A DNA stretch of 64,000 nucleotides from the human T2T-CHM13v2.0 reference genome, Homo sapiens. Under the pieces are notes generated by a model. The model was not told where the DNA came from. It saw nothing but the letters and a program-made list of their open reading frames with translations, and did no database searches. Where the stretch lies: assembly GCF_009914755.1 (NCBI RefSeq), contig NC_060940.1; one strand, given 5' to 3'. Below, one piece after another: positions 61,491-64,000 of the stretch. The stretch's first letter is position 1, and every line of letters begins with the position of its first letter. Made by a program: the position numbers and the translations under genes.

Positions 61491-62678
61491 CATTCTTCAT
61501 GATGGAGAAACAACAGACCTGTCCCTCCCTATCCCTCCCTACCACCACCATAGAACCTCTGTCTTCTTCCTCTCCAATGGGTGTTGAACCTACTAGCTAT
61601 CCAAAGGTGAGAGGCATGCTTAGGTCCAATCATTGTGTGAATTTGGTGTGAATTACAGATCCCCAGCACATACCAGAGAGGAAACGTGGCTGACAGAGAG
61701 GCCCCTGCCCACCCCAGCATGGTGGTAATTGCCTGCACCCAGAGTTTTGGAAGAAAGGGCTCAAGCCTCACATCCATGTGACAATGTGTTTGAGCACAGA
61801 TGCTCTCATAGCTATTGCTACTTCACAGGATGTCAGGCACACTGTGTGCTATTTTAAGCTGAGATTCCACATGCAGTAACAATCCTCCTCTTTCATTCCG
61901 GGGCTTTTCTGTTCTTGAAACAGACCTTTGTTCTTCTTTTTTTTTAAATGTTTTCTGTCTCACTAAGAGTAATAGGATGAGTTCATGACTCCTGCCATCC
62001 TCAGAATTGCCTGGCTTTGAGTGTGTATTCAAAATCCTTTAATGGTGCTTTAATGTCAGGGGCAAAACGAAGCCTTTCCCAAGTCTTTATAACATGCTTG
62101 AAAGGACAAAGTGGTCTTGTCATAGGCTGCTGTGATGCTCTCAGAGCTTTGCCACAATTCTTGTAACAGATGGACTCTTCATTAGGTGCACATTGCACCC
62201 ACCTGGGGATTCACTACCTTTGGATGAGAGAGAGATTTGATTTTAGCTGCAGATAATTTCTCTTTCTTATCTTGACCCATAGATCAAAGATTATCAACAA
62301 ATTCAGATTCCTTTGTCTTTTTTCTTCTGCCGAATTGGAATGCTAGAATAGGTTGGATGAGTGACCAGCTTTTTTTTTTCAAACAGCTTGACTTGAACTC
62401 ACATAACAAGACCAAGGTTTTGAGTGTTTGGTGGGGGCTGCAATGTGAGGTTTTTGGCATTTATGTCCATGAAATTCACTGATGACAACAGATTATGTTT
62501 CTATTGCTTTATTAGCATTACTATCTTGCAAAGCTCAGCTTAGGGCCCAGATGACCCCCATGTTGTAAATCCTGCTTAAAGCACTCCCTGTCCTGTCCTG
62601 ACTTTCCTCTTACCTCTCTGACCATGATGTCTGTCTTTTTACAGGTTCATCTTTGCCATTAAATATTGAGGAAGCTCT

Positions 62679-62979
62679 GGCCGGGCACAGTGGCTCATGC
62701 CTGTAATCCCAGCACTTTGGGAGGATGAGGCGGGCGTATCACCTGAGGGTGGGAATTCGAGGCCACCCTGACCAACATGGAGAAACCCCGTCTCTACTAA
62801 AAATACAGAATTAGCCAGGTGTGGTGGCACATGCCTGTAATCCCAGCTATTAGGGAGGCTGAGGCAGGAGAATCGCTTGAACCCGGGAGACGGAGGTTGC
62901 GGTGAGCCAGAGATTGTGCCATTGCACTCTGGCCTGAGTAACAAGAGCGAAACTCCATCTCAAAAAAAAAAAAAAAAAA
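62679..62979 (+). mobile_element. AluSp-like
   Basis: ctgaccaacatggagaaacccc, ggttgcggtgagcc, gccattgcact, aacaagagcgaaactcc; TSD attgaggaagctc / attaaggaagctc. Confidence 0.95.
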
Positions 62980-63094
62980 TTAAGGAAGCTCAAGTCTTAG
63001 TCCTAGTTCCTATTAGCATTCCTTTAATTACCCCCTAAAGGCAGATGCCTCATAAGCCTCAAGTTAGAAAAGCCTAAGCCTGTCTTTTGAATCC

Positions 63095-63690
63095 CAAACC
63101 CATACACCTAGCTGCCTTCCTGACATTCTTTAAGGATATATCAAAGTTTCCTCAAACTCAGCCTGATAAAAGCTGAACTTAAGAGTTTCCCTCAGAAGCC
63201 ATCATCTTTCAGGATATTCCCATCTCTGTGAATGGAAGCCTCATCCACCAAGCTGCAAATGACACACTGAGGTATCTCCCCTGACATGTCTTTCTCCCAT
63301 CCTCTTCCATCCAGTCCATCACAAATCGCGGCAACTGTATCTCTTGAGTGTGTCTCATTGGCCCACTTGTTTGAGCCTTCCCATCAGCACCCTGGCCCAC
63401 ATCACCTTTCTGGCTGAGTCTCCTGGTCTACTTTGTTCATGGCTCCCATCTGTTTCCCATGATGTAAGCTTTCTGAAACTTACATCTTATGATGTTACCC
63501 TCTGCCTAAAATCCTTGAGGGTTTTCCAATTGATTTTAAAATAAGAACCCAAATCTTTCACATGTCCACAAGGCCATTCACAGTGTGACCCCTCCTGCCT
63601 CTCTGGCTGCACCTCCCATCACTTTCCCTTCGCCTGTGTCTGTTTCTGTGGCCTCATGAAAAGGCTTTTGCTCTGCTCTCTCCACAACTT
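63095..63690 (+). mobile_element. L2 fragment
   Basis: ctcaaactcagcctg...ccatctctgtgaatgg...catccagtccatcacaaatc...gttaccctctgcctaaaatcctt. Confidence 0.75.
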
Positions 63691-63692
63691 CC

Positions 63693-63988
63693 TTTTTTTT
63701 TTTTTAGACAGGACCTCACTCTGTCACCCAGGCTAGAGTGCAATGGCTCAATCACAGCTCACCGCAGCCTCCACCTCCTGAGCCCATGCAACCCTCCTAC
63801 TTCAGCCTCTCAAGTAGCCGGAACCACAGGCGTGTGCCATCGTGCCTGGTTAATTATTCTTACTTTTTGTAGAGACAGAGCCTCCCCATGTTGCCCAAGC
63901 TAGTCTCAAGCCCCTAGGCTCAAACAAGCCTCCCACCTCAGCCTCCTGAAGTGTTGAGATTACAGGTGTGAGCTGTGGTGTGCAGCCC
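63693..63988 (-). mobile_element. AluJ
   Basis: aatcacagctcaccgcagcctcc...tttgtagagacag...gattacaggtgtgagc. Confidence 0.92.
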
Positions 63989-64000
63989 ACCATTTCCTTT

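Overview
Primate (human-like) genomic DNA that is intergenic or deep intronic and dominated by interspersed repeats. I find no protein-coding exon, RNA gene, CpG island or CRISPR array that I can support. Every long ORF in the track comes from an L1, Alu, LTR or microsatellite. The window holds two full-length but inactivated L1PA elements (about 1650-8087, L1PA6-like; about 14699-20812, L1PA5-like), two solo LTR12/ERV9 LTRs in opposite orientation, other solo LTRs (MER4D, MER39, MER21, MER31, MLT1/2, LTR16-like), about 15 Alus, and many MIR, L2, L1M and hAT relics. I do not see a new multi-gene biological system. The most interesting signals are structures that standard repeat annotation would not explain: (1) a probable ancient L1 3' transduction of about 1.25 kb of foreign AT-rich DNA; (2) a 123-bp gapless local duplication 4.2 kb apart; (3) a 22-bp templated insertion inside an Alu, copied from 1.3 kb upstream; (4) a (GAA)26-containing polypurine tract grown from an Alu tail; (5) an open ORF0 in the L1PA6-like element; (6) a roughly 0.5-kb MER113 expanded to about 9.6 kb by nested insertions. 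Subfamily names were recognised by eye from remembered consensus features and need RepeatMasker/Dfam confirmation. Boundaries of old repeats are approximate.
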